From: Clostridia bacterium
GTDB lineage: Bacteria; Bacillota; Clostridia; Oscillospirales; RGIG8002
Direction of reading: 5' to 3'
Length of the DNA: 64,000 nt
NCBI GenBank assembly: GCA_017620395.1
Contig: JAFZQJ010000034.1
Location: 1,395 to 65,394, forward strand
Below, piece by piece: positions 48,979 through 56,863 of this stretch. The notes beneath the pieces are model-generated. The model worked only from the letters and a program-made list of their open reading frames with translations. It did no database searches and was not told the origin of the DNA. The first letter of the stretch is position 1; the number at the start of each line of letters is the position of its first letter. The position numbers and the translations under genes were made by a program.

Positions 48979-50358
48979 ATGCAGAAGGAATACAAGACCA
49001 TAACCGAGGTCGTCGGGCCGATAATGGTCGTTGAGGGCGTCGAAGGCGTCAAATACGACGAGCTCGTCCACATCAAGCAGGCGGACGGGAATATCCGCGT
49101 CGGCAAGGTGCTTGAAATCGACGGCGACAGAGCGATGGTGCAGCTTTTCGAGAGCTCGCAGGGGCTCCGCGTCGCGGAGAGCAAGGCGAAGTTCCTCGGC
49201 CACGGCACGACGCTTTCCGTCAGCCGCGATATGCTCGGCAGAGTTTTCGACGGCATGGGGCGCTCCATCGACGACGGCCCCGAGATAATCCCCGAGAAGA
49301 AACTCGACATAAACGGCTCGCCCATGAACCCCGCGGCTCGCGACTATCCGGCGGAGTTCATACAGACCGGCATCTCCGCGATCGACGGGCTGAACACCCT
49401 CGTCCGCGGGCAGAAACTGCCCATCTTCAGCGGAAGCGGCCTGCCTCACGCGAAGATCGCGGCGCAGATCGCCCGTCAGGGCAAGGTGCTCGGCAGCAAC
49501 GAGAAGTTCGCCGTCGTCTTCGCCGCCATCGGCATCACGTTCGAGGAGGCGCAGTTCTTCATCGACGACTTCCGCCGCACCGGTTCTATCGAGCGCTCGG
49601 TGCTCTTCATGAACCTCGCCAACGACCCGGCGGTCGAGCGTATCGCGACTCCGCGAATGGCGATAACCTGCGCGGAATACCTCGCCTACGAGCTCGGTAT
49701 GCACGTGCTCGTCATAATGACCGACATAACCAACTACGCGGAAGCGCTCCGCGAGGTTTCCGCCGCGCGCAAGGAAGTTCCCGGCCGCCGCGGCTACCCC
49801 GGCTATCTCTACACCGACCTCGCGTCGATGTACGAAAGAGCTGGCAGGATCAACGGCAACAAGGGCTCGATCACCCAGATCCCGATCCTGACAATGCCGG
49901 AGGACGACAAGACCCACCCGATCCCCGATCTTACGGGCTACATCACGGAGGGGCAGATCATCCTCTCGCGCGAGCTTTACTACAACGGCGTTACGCCGCC
50001 CATCGACGTCCTGCCTTCCCTCAGCCGACTCAAAGACAAGGGCATCGGCAAGGGCAAGACCCGCGAGGACCACGCGGACACGATGAATCAGCTCTTCTCC
50101 GCCTACGCCCGCGGCAAGGACGCGAAGGAGCTGGCGGTCATCCTCGGCGAATCCGCGCTTTCCGAAATGGATAAGCTTTACGCGAAGTTCGCCGTCGAGT
50201 TCGAGAAGCGCTACGTTTCGCAGGGCTACGAAACCGACCGCAGCATAGAAGAAACGCTGGATATCGGCTGGGAGCTGCTCGGCATCCTGCCGCGCACCGA
50301 GCTGAAGCGTATCCGCACCGAATACCTCGATAAATACTATCACGAAGCGAAAAACTGA
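48979..50358 (+). CDS. ntpB: V-type ATP synthase subunit B
   Basis: 459 aa, typical of the non-catalytic B subunit. Confidence 0.96.
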   Translation: MQKEYKTITEVVGPIMVVEGVEGVKYDELVHIKQADGNIRVGKVLEIDGDRAMVQLFESSQGLRVAESKAKFLGHGTTLSVSRDMLGRVFDGMGRSIDDGPEIIPEKKLDINGSPMNPAARDYPAEFIQTGISAIDGLNTLVRGQKLPIFSGSGLPHAKIAAQIARQGKVLGSNEKFAVVFAAIGITFEEAQFFIDDFRRTGSIERSVLFMNLANDPAVERIATPRMAITCAEYLAYELGMHVLVIMTDITNYAEALREVSAARKEVPGRRGYPGYLYTDLASMYERAGRINGNKGSITQIPILTMPEDDKTHPIPDLTGYITEGQIILSRELYYNGVTPPIDVLPSLSRLKDKGIGKGKTREDHADTMNQLFSAYARGKDAKELAVILGESALSEMDKLYAKFAVEFEKRYVSQGYETDRSIEETLDIGWELLGILPRTELKRIRTEYLDKYYHEAKN

Positions 50359-50374
50359 TTAACGGAGACCTGAA

Positions 50375-51016
50375 ATGGCGAAGCTGATAAATCCCACGCG
50401 GATGGAGCTGAACAAGTACAAAAGGCGTGTCAAGACCGCTGTCAGGGGGCATAAGCTCCTGAAAGACAAGCAGGACGAAATGGCGCGTCAGTTCATGCTG
50501 CACATAAAGCGGAATATGGAGCTTCGCCGCAAGGTCGAGGAAAAACTCGCGAAGGTCATGGCGGAGTCCTCCTCCGCGGCGGCCCGCATGGGCAGCAGCG
50601 CGGTGCGCGAGGCGCTGCTCGTGCCGGCGCGTTCAGCGAAGGTGTCGCTGACCGTCAAGAACATAATGAGCGTCAACGTCCCGTCCCTCCGCTACGAGGG
50701 CGGCGACGAGGAAACGCAGCTGCCTTACGGCTTCGCGTTCTCCTCCGGCGCGCTGGACGGCGCGGTCATGACGCTCGCGGACCTGCTTCCGGACCTCATC
50801 GAGCTTGCGGGCGTGGAAAAGACCTGCGATATGCTCGCCGAGGAGATGGAGAAGACCCGCCGCCGCGTCAACGCGCTCGAGTTCGTCATGATCCCCGAAA
50901 TGAACGAAGCCATCAAGTATATCTCCATGAAGCTCGAAGACAACGAGCGCAGCAACATCACCCGCCTGATGAAGATCAAAGACCAGAAGCTCAAAAAAGA
51001 ATCGGCAGGGAAATAA
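50375..51016 (+). CDS. ntpD: V-type ATP synthase subunit D
   Basis: 213 aa starting ..NPTRMELNKYKRRVKTAVRGHKLLKDK.. Confidence 0.92.
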   Translation: MAKLINPTRMELNKYKRRVKTAVRGHKLLKDKQDEMARQFMLHIKRNMELRRKVEEKLAKVMAESSSAAARMGSSAVREALLVPARSAKVSLTVKNIMSVNVPSLRYEGGDEETQLPYGFAFSSGALDGAVMTLADLLPDLIELAGVEKTCDMLAEEMEKTRRRVNALEFVMIPEMNEAIKYISMKLEDNERSNITRLMKIKDQKLKKESAGK

Positions 51017-51032
51017 GGAGAGAAGAGATAGA

Positions 51033-53180
51033 GTGAAAAGAATAACTGCAATCATAATGTGCGTTGTATTTTTGATGTCGGTCGGTGTCTTGAATGTGAG
51101 CGCATCATATATTGATGAGCGTTGGCAATGGTCAAATGACGTTCAACAGGAACGTTGTACATATCGTGTTTGGCATGAGGCGTACGAAAGACTTGGTATA
51201 AGCTTACCGGACACGTGGGGGAATGCTGCTACTTGGTATGATAATGCGCCATATGACGGATATCCAGTTGATAATAACCCATCTGCAAATTCTATTGCTT
51301 GCTGGGATGATGGGGGTTGGGGACATGTCGCATATGTAACAAGCGTTGATTCGGAGTGGGTTTATTATAGACATGCGGGGTTTGACCCCAGTGATAGGTA
51401 TACTGGCTATTGGTACAATGACGATAAAAGAAGAATAGACAATATGGGATGGGATTTCGAGGGATATATTCACCTCACCTCTTTAGATCTCGGCTCTGAT
51501 TTCTACGCGTTCATAATCAAGCAGGATTCGTGGAAGCACCTTGCGGCCGAAAACGGCAATGTTCAGTTACCGTCGACCGGAAATAACAGCTCCGATCCAA
51601 AGCAGATATGGCACTTTATCAGGATGTCTGACGGCTCTTACAAAATCGTCAACGAGTTTTACGATATGTGTATGGATGCGGCGAATTTCGGCACAAGCAA
51701 CGGTACCAACGTCGGATTGTGTACGAGCAACGATTCTACCGCGCAAAGATGGTTCATTTCAACTATGGGCAACGGATACGCGCTTTCGCCGGCATATACG
51801 AGTATGGTTATAGACGTCACCGGCGGCGTGAACGATCCCGGTACCAATGTGCAGCTTTGGCAGTCCGGAAACACGTCGGCTCAGGCTTTTTCGATATACA
51901 AACTCACGGAGGACGGCGTTACCTATTCCAAGCCCGCGAAGCCGTCCGCGGTGACGGTGAACGCTTCGGTTTCCGCCAATAAGGTTTTGAGTATCTCGTG
52001 GAGTCAGTCGCCTCTGAAGGGATCGTTTGACGCGCGCGCATACGACGTTTATATCTATAAAGACAGCGCGAGCAGCACGCCGATCCATACAAAAATGAGT
52101 TTGAGCGCCACTTCATATACATACAGCCTCCCTTCTGAAGGAACGTATTACGTTAAGGTTGCCGCCGTCAACACGAAGTATTACGGTTGGTATACGTTCT
52201 CCTCGACGGTAAAGGTGGAAACGAAGAGCGACTTGCTAGGAGATATGGACGGCGACGCTTCTATAACCGTTTCGGACGCGCTCGCCGCGCTGAGGATTGC
52301 CGCAAGGCTTGCGAGCGCCACGAGCAGCGTGAAGAAGATAGCCGACGTGGATTTCGACGGAACGATAACGGTTTCCGACGCGCTTGCGATACTGCGCGTC
52401 GCCGCGAGGCTTGCCGGTACGAAGACGCTCACCGTACAGTCGCTGAGCAGCTGTACGCTGTATCCCGAATGCTATAAGAACTATGCCGTTTCTTCCAACT
52501 ATACGGACGCCCGCGTCGAGTGGTTGAGCAGCGACGCGTCCGTCGCAACCGTCGGCAGCAACGGCAAGGTAACGGCTAAAAGCGCCGGAACGGCGACGAT
52601 AACCGCAAAGGTTTCCGTTATCGGTCAGCAGAAATCCGTTTCGTATACCGTCACGGTCAAGAACCCGAGCGTTGTTTTGGCGCCTGCTTCTCAGAGCACG
52701 TCTTATGACGCGTATTCTAACAACAGAGTCATTATCAGCGGTCATATCGCTTACAAGTGCCCGCTTCCTTCCGTGACGACGGACGTCAACGAGGCATATT
52801 GCGGCGACAGCCGCGTGAGCACTTCAAGTATTACAAAGGAGATAACGTCCGGTGATGGTAAGTTCAGCGGCGAATACTTCTATTCGTATCAGCCCGGCAC
52901 GATAAAGATCAAGTATTCATTCTCCGTCGCCGGCAAGACTTACAGCAGCACTTATACCTGCAACCTCACGCTGACGCGCACCAATCCGGATATGGGGCAG
53001 TATATAAGAAGCTCGACTTCGACGTCTTCGACGAATCTGGGTATGGTACCCGCGAATACGACTTATGTGATAACGCAGGTCGCGGTCACCGGAACGGTAG
53101 GAGAGTCGGGATGCCAGGTCTGGGGATACACGACCTATGGCGGCGTATCCGGATGGACTTTGATCGAGTATTGGCAGTAA
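51033..53180 (+). CDS. Secreted multidomain cell-wall hydrolase: CHAP + ricin-type lectin + Fn3-like + internal dockerin + Big_2-like + SH3-like C-terminus
   Basis: GTG start after an AAGGAGAG SD, then a signal peptide. CHAP Cys/His context (..ERCTYRVW.., GNAATWYD, GWGHVAYVTSV). QxW-type lectin repeats (KQIWHF, AQRWFI, VQLWQS). Dockerin at nt 52239-52418. Big_2 string (SSDASVATVGSNGKVTAKSAGTATITA). Confidence 0.8.
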   Translation: MKRITAIIMCVVFLMSVGVLNVSASYIDERWQWSNDVQQERCTYRVWHEAYERLGISLPDTWGNAATWYDNAPYDGYPVDNNPSANSIACWDDGGWGHVAYVTSVDSEWVYYRHAGFDPSDRYTGYWYNDDKRRIDNMGWDFEGYIHLTSLDLGSDFYAFIIKQDSWKHLAAENGNVQLPSTGNNSSDPKQIWHFIRMSDGSYKIVNEFYDMCMDAANFGTSNGTNVGLCTSNDSTAQRWFISTMGNGYALSPAYTSMVIDVTGGVNDPGTNVQLWQSGNTSAQAFSIYKLTEDGVTYSKPAKPSAVTVNASVSANKVLSISWSQSPLKGSFDARAYDVYIYKDSASSTPIHTKMSLSATSYTYSLPSEGTYYVKVAAVNTKYYGWYTFSSTVKVETKSDLLGDMDGDASITVSDALAALRIAARLASATSSVKKIADVDFDGTITVSDALAILRVAARLAGTKTLTVQSLSSCTLYPECYKNYAVSSNYTDARVEWLSSDASVATVGSNGKVTAKSAGTATITAKVSVIGQQKSVSYTVTVKNPSVVLAPASQSTSYDAYSNNRVIISGHIAYKCPLPSVTTDVNEAYCGDSRVSTSSITKEITSGDGKFSGEYFYSYQPGTIKIKYSFSVAGKTYSSTYTCNLTLTRTNPDMGQYIRSSTSTSSTNLGMVPANTTYVITQVAVTGTVGESGCQVWGYTTYGGVSGWTLIEYWQ

Positions 53181-53203
53181 GTGATACCGAATAGTTTAAC
53201 AAC

Positions 53204-53231
53204 AAACGCCTCCCGAGCGGGAGGCGTTTTT
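53204..53231. terminator. Bidirectional rho-independent terminator (shared by the CHAP gene and dinB)
   Basis: AAACGCCTCCCG-agc-GGGAGGCGTTTTT. The dinB stop codon lies in the T-tract. Confidence 0.85.
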
Positions 53232-54477
53232 ATATATCGAGATGCGTTTCTATGTGCCGCAGGGGATCGGCGAAGGCGGGCGGGATATACTCGCTCTTCT
53301 TGCGCAGCAGCAGCGAAGCCGGCGTTATCGCGCCCTTGCCGAAGCGGCTGCGGACGCCGTCCGCGGCGCGCTCGAGCGTCTCGGCGCGTTCGTGCCGTCG
53401 GAAGCCGCCGCCGAAGTCGAGCTGCGCGGGGAACTTCTCGTCGCAGAGGTTTATCGCCGTCAGCGTCACCGCGCGTACGGGGCAGCGCCAGTCGTACCGC
53501 TCGCGGAAGAGGCGGAAGCCCGCCTCCGCGAGTTCGCAGGCGCAGGAGGTCGGGTAGCGCGTCGCGGTTTGGTACTGCTCAAAGGCGAGCATGCTGTCCC
53601 GCACGCGCACGGAAACTCCGCGCGCCGCGAGCCCGTTCTGCCGCAGCCGCCTGCCGACGTCCTGCGCCAGATGCAGCAGCATAAGCCGGACCTCCGCGTT
53701 ATCCTTCATATCCGCCGGCGGCGTCTGCCCGTGCCCGACGCTCTTTATCGGGCTGACGTACCCGATCGGCATGACGGGGGAGAGGTCGAGTCCGTTGGCG
53801 TACTGCCAGAGCGTCAGCCCCGCCTTGCCGAAGGCGCGCTGAAGGAAGTCGGGGTTCGTCCGCGCGAGGTCGCCTATCGTGTGGATGCAGTAGCGTTCGA
53901 GCTGCGCGCGGCTGCTGCGCCCGACGCCGAACAGATCCGCCGCGGGAAGCGGCCATATCTTTTCGCGGAAGTCGCGCCCGATCTCCGTCGTCGCGTCAGG
54001 CTTCTTCATATCCGAGCCGAGCTTCGCGAAGATCTTGTTGAAGCTGACGCCGACGGAGATGGTCAGCCCGACCTCCTCGCGCATACGCCGCCGCAGCTCG
54101 TCCGCGATGGCGCGTCCGTCGCCGAAAAGCAGTCTGCTCGCGCTGACGTCGAGCCAGCATTCGTCCATGCCGAAGGGCTCGACGAGGTCGGTGTATTCGG
54201 CGTAAAGCTCCCGCGCCGCGCGCGAGAAGCGCGCGTATTCGCCGTAGTGAGGCGAAACGATGACGAGCTGCGGGCATTTCTTCTGCGCCTGCCATATCGC
54301 CTCCGCCGTCGCCACGCCGAAGCGCTTTGCCTCCTCCGATTTTGCCAACACGATCCCGTGGCGGTCCTCCTTCGAGCCGCAGACGGCGATCGGCAGCCCT
54401 TTCAGCGACGGGTCGAGCACCGCCTCGATAGAGGCGAAGCAGTTGTTTATGTCGCAGTGCAGTATCGTCCTGTCCAC
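53230..54477 (-). CDS. dinB: Y-family DNA polymerase IV
   Basis: GTG 54477 lies after an AAGGAGGG SD. The N-terminus ..ILHCDINNCFASIE.. is the Y-family catalytic motif, and the protein is 415 aa. The track's longer ORF is rejected. Confidence 0.9.
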   Translation of the reverse strand: MDRTILHCDINNCFASIEAVLDPSLKGLPIAVCGSKEDRHGIVLAKSEEAKRFGVATAEAIWQAQKKCPQLVIVSPHYGEYARFSRAARELYAEYTDLVEPFGMDECWLDVSASRLLFGDGRAIADELRRRMREEVGLTISVGVSFNKIFAKLGSDMKKPDATTEIGRDFREKIWPLPAADLFGVGRSSRAQLERYCIHTIGDLARTNPDFLQRAFGKAGLTLWQYANGLDLSPVMPIGYVSPIKSVGHGQTPPADMKDNAEVRLMLLHLAQDVGRRLRQNGLAARGVSVRVRDSMLAFEQYQTATRYPTSCACELAEAGFRLFRERYDWRCPVRAVTLTAINLCDEKFPAQLDFGGGFRRHERAETLERAADGVRSRFGKGAITPASLLLRKKSEYIPPAFADPLRHIETHLDI

Positions 54478-54597
54478 GCGCAGCCCTCCTTTCCGCGAAA
54501 ACGCGTCCGCTTTCCGCCGCCGCTTCCGCAAAAACGGCGTCAGCAAACAAGCCTTCGCCGTCTGTCCGGAAATTCGTGAAGTTTTTTCAAAAACCCC

Positions 54598-54626
54598 TTG
54601 ACAAATGGTGAAAGTCATTGTAATAT
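54598..54626 (+). promoter_or_regulatory. Putative promoter P(xre): TTGACA-17-TAATAT, with a GTGAAAG site inside the spacer
   Basis: Read directly from the sequence. It points toward xre/immA. Confidence 0.5.
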
Positions 54627-54629
54627 AAT

Positions 54630-54647
54630 GGTGAAACTTGTTTCACC
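54630..54647. promoter_or_regulatory. Perfect palindrome GGTGAAAC-tt-GTTTCACC (candidate operator)
   Basis: 8-bp arms located between the two predicted -10 elements. Confidence 0.6.
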
Positions 54648-54664
54648 AACGCTCTGTACCTATT

Positions 54665-54693
54665 ATTTTAGGTGAAACTAAGTTCATTGTCAA
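54665..54693 (-). promoter_or_regulatory. Putative promoter P(dinB): minus strand TTGACA-17-TAAAAT, whose spacer is the GGTGAAACTAAGTTCAT site
   Basis: Read directly from the sequence. It points toward dinB. Confidence 0.5.
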
Positions 54694-54703
54694 GTGAAAG
54701 ATG

Positions 54704-54719
54704 ATGAAATTACTTTCAT
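54704..54719. promoter_or_regulatory. Palindrome ATGAAA-ttac-TTTCAT (candidate operator)
   Basis: 6-bp arms, preceded by AGTGAAAG at 54694. Confidence 0.45.
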
Positions 54720-54753
54720 ATTTTTGCCGTTTTTATACGGGGGAGGAAACGAA

Positions 54754-55146
54754 ATGCTTTTCGGAGAGAAACTCAGGGAGCTGCGCAAAAAGGAAGGGCT
54801 GACGCAGGAGGCGCTCGCCGCCGAGATCGACGTTACCAAGCGCACGCTCATCAACTACGAGAGCGGCCGCTGCTACCCGAAGCAGGCGGAGATTGTCATG
54901 CGTCTTGCGAAGCGCTTTTCCGTCAGCGCGGACTATCTCATGAGCGAGGCAGACGAGTTCGTCGCGCAGGCGCACGCCCGCGGCGGCGCGCGCGGCATGG
55001 CGCAGGCGAAGGAGCTTGTCGCGGAGGTCAGCGGACTTTTCGCGGGCGGGGAGCTCGCGGACGAGGACAAGGACGCTGTCCTGCGCGCGATAATCGACGC
55101 CTACTGGGACGCGAAAAACGATAACAGGAAATACGCGAGGTCGTGA
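54754..55146 (+). CDS. XRE-family HTH transcriptional regulator
   Basis: ATG 54754 follows a GGGGGAGG SD. The HTH_3 signature is ..GEKLRELRKKEGLTQEALAAEIDVTKRTLINYESG.. (130 aa). Confidence 0.88.
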   Translation: MLFGEKLRELRKKEGLTQEALAAEIDVTKRTLINYESGRCYPKQAEIVMRLAKRFSVSADYLMSEADEFVAQAHARGGARGMAQAKELVAEVSGLFAGGELADEDKDAVLRAIIDAYWDAKNDNRKYARS

Positions 55147-55152
55147 TCCACA

Positions 55153-55650
55153 ATGAGCTATATCGAGTTGGAAGCGGAGGCGCTTGCGGCGAAATACGGC
55201 ACGCGCGATCCCTTCGAGATAGCGCGTCAGGAGGGGATAGCGGTCTATTTCCGCAATGACTTCACCAAGCTCAAGGGTATGTATAAAGTTATCCTTCGCC
55301 GCCGCTGCGTCTTCATCAACGCCGGACTGCCGCAGGAGGAGATGCGCTATATCTGCGCGCACGAGCTGGGGCACGACAAGCTCCACCGCGCCGCGACCGC
55401 GAAAGCGGGACTCTGCGACTTCGTGATGTTCGACGTGAAAAACAAGCTGGAGTACGAGGCGAATCTTTTCGCCGCGCACCTGCTCATAGACGACCGGCAG
55501 GTCTCCCACGCCGCCGTGAACGGCATGACGGCGCAGGAACTGGCGGCCGCGCTCGGCGTACCCGAAACGCTCGTCACGATAAAGGCGGCGAACTACGAGA
55601 AACGCCGTCAGCATCACGCGCCGCGCGAGCTGAAAAATCCGCTGTATTGA
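55153..55650 (+). CDS. ImmA/IrrE-family (COG2856) zinc metallopeptidase
   Basis: 165 aa with an HEXXH motif (CAHELGHDKLH) and a downstream ..EYEANLFAAHLL.. It starts 6 nt after the xre stop. Confidence 0.85.
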   Translation: MSYIELEAEALAAKYGTRDPFEIARQEGIAVYFRNDFTKLKGMYKVILRRRCVFINAGLPQEEMRYICAHELGHDKLHRAATAKAGLCDFVMFDVKNKLEYEANLFAAHLLIDDRQVSHAAVNGMTAQELAAALGVPETLVTIKAANYEKRRQHHAPRELKNPLY

Positions 55651-55677
55651 CGGCGTTATTGTGAGGAGCGCAGTCTT

Positions 55678-55922
55678 TCTTGGCTCCCTCTGAGGAGGGA
55701 GCTGTCGAGGGCGGCGGTAAGCCGTCCGAGACTGAGGGAGAGATAACGTCGATTTGCGATTTGCCGGGAGTCTGTTCCGAAGACGGCGAATTATCTTATG
55801 TGTACTTATCCCTCATCTCCGTCGCGGCGCTTATACATAAGGAGGGCTGTCGTTATCTCTCCCTCCGTCTTGCCTCGGCTTAAGCCTCGGCAATCCACCT
55901 CCCTCCTCAGAGGGAGGCAAGA
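55678..55922. mobile_element. MITE-like element: ~70-bp imperfect terminal inverted repeats flanking a ~100-bp core, no ORF
   Basis: The left arm (55678-55748) aligns with the reverse complement of the right arm (55851-55922). Identical blocks are ctccctctgaggagggag and gagggagagataacg. Confidence 0.65.
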
Positions 55923-55945
55923 ACATACTTCTGAACTCTACACTC

Positions 55946-55977
55946 AAAAACGGAAGGAACGCGTTCCTTCCGTTTTT
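55946..55977. terminator. Bidirectional rho-independent terminator
   Basis: AAAAACGGAAGGAACGCGTTCCTTCCGTTTTT. Confidence 0.85.
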
Positions 55978-56038
55978 CGTTCTAATCCGGACTTGCCCTC
56001 AATAGAATGTAGCACAAGCTGTTGAAAGGGTGAGAACC

Positions 56039-56236
56039 GTGAAAAAGAGCATATTATCGCATATCGGCGTCGGCACGGTGCGCGTCGCCGCCGCGGCGCT
56101 GATAACGGCCGTGCTGCTCGCGCTGCGGCTCGTCGGCGCGGATACGTCGCCGGTGAAACGCGAGATCGCCTCCGGCGGAAGCGCGATGGGGGTGGTGAGG
56201 TACGTTGTCGGCAAGTATAACGAGTTCACGGCGTAG
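56039..56236 (+). CDS. Hypothetical small membrane protein
   Basis: 65 aa from GTG 56039 (GGGTGAG SD) with one TM helix. It overlaps the next gene by 32 nt. Confidence 0.35.
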   Translation: MKKSILSHIGVGTVRVAAAALITAVLLALRLVGADTSPVKREIASGGSAMGVVRYVVGKYNEFTA

Positions 56237-56807
56237 CGCGCTGCGCTTCGACGTCGGCGTGCCGTTCCTGCTTTCGCTCGGCGCGCTGATGTTCGTCAGC
56301 GGCGGGCTCGCCGTCTGGGCGGCGCTCGCCGCGCTCACGCACGAAGCGGCGCATCTGCTCGCGATATACGCCTGCGGTTTTCGCGTGCGGCGCGTCTCGC
56401 TCCACGGCGGAGGCGTGCGTATGGAGCTGAACTCCGAGCCGCCGAAGGGGAAAGCGGCGCTGATCCTGGCGTCCGGATGCTTCGGCAACCTGCTCGCCGC
56501 CGGCGCGGTAAAGGCGTTCGGCGGCGCGTCGCTGCGCGCTTATATCTTCTTCGGCGCGAACCTGCTTCTGTGCCTGCTGAATATCCTGCCGCACTCCTCG
56601 CTTGACGGCGGCAAGCTGCTCCGCCTCGCGCTCGGCGAAAGGGGGAGCGCGGCGAAAGTCGCGTTCTGCGCGGACGTCGCCGTGACCTTCCTGCTGACGG
56701 CGGCGGGCGCGATGATCTTTCTCAAATGCGGCAAAAACCCGACCGCGCTGCTGCTCGGGCTCTGCCTTGTCGCGAAATTGCCGGTTTTCGGCAAAAAAAG
56801 CTATTGA
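56205..56807 (+). CDS. Site-2 protease family (M50) membrane metalloprotease, short SpoIVFB-like form without CBS domain
   Basis: Has HEAAH in the first TM region and the NILPHSSLDGG motif. The TTG start (GGTGAGG SD) is uncertain. Confidence 0.75.
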   Translation: MSASITSSRRSALRFDVGVPFLLSLGALMFVSGGLAVWAALAALTHEAAHLLAIYACGFRVRRVSLHGGGVRMELNSEPPKGKAALILASGCFGNLLAAGAVKAFGGASLRAYIFFGANLLLCLLNILPHSSLDGGKLLRLALGERGSAAKVAFCADVAVTFLLTAAGAMIFLKCGKNPTALLLGLCLVAKLPVFGKKSY

Positions 56808-56830
56808 ATTCCGCGCCGATTGTGCTATAA
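56803..56830 (+). promoter_or_regulatory. Putative promoter for dapL-asnS
   Basis: TTGAAT-16 nt-TGcTATAAT. Confidence 0.5.
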
Positions 56831-56863
56831 TGTCAATTAGTATATTATGGGCGGAGATGTGTT

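Noticed and set aside
53181-53684. A 167-aa Arg-rich plus-strand ORF overlaps the 3' end of dinB.
   Set aside because: It is antisense to dinB, has an extreme Arg/Ala composition, and starts inside a terminator.
51033-56000. I considered whether the CHAP lysin, dinB, XRE/ImmA and MITE together form a prophage or ICE remnant.
   Set aside because: No integrase, recombinase, terminase, capsid, tail or conjugation genes and no att-like direct repeats are visible in the window. Mobile origin stays possible but unsupported, so it is listed as a refutation test rather than a call.
56030-56807. I considered whether the 68-aa ORF and the M50 protease ORF are one frameshifted gene (pseudogene).
   Set aside because: With the TTG 56205 start, the HEAAH motif sits about 46 residues from the N-terminus, as in SpoIVFB-type proteases, and has its own GGTGAGG SD. 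No frameshift is needed.
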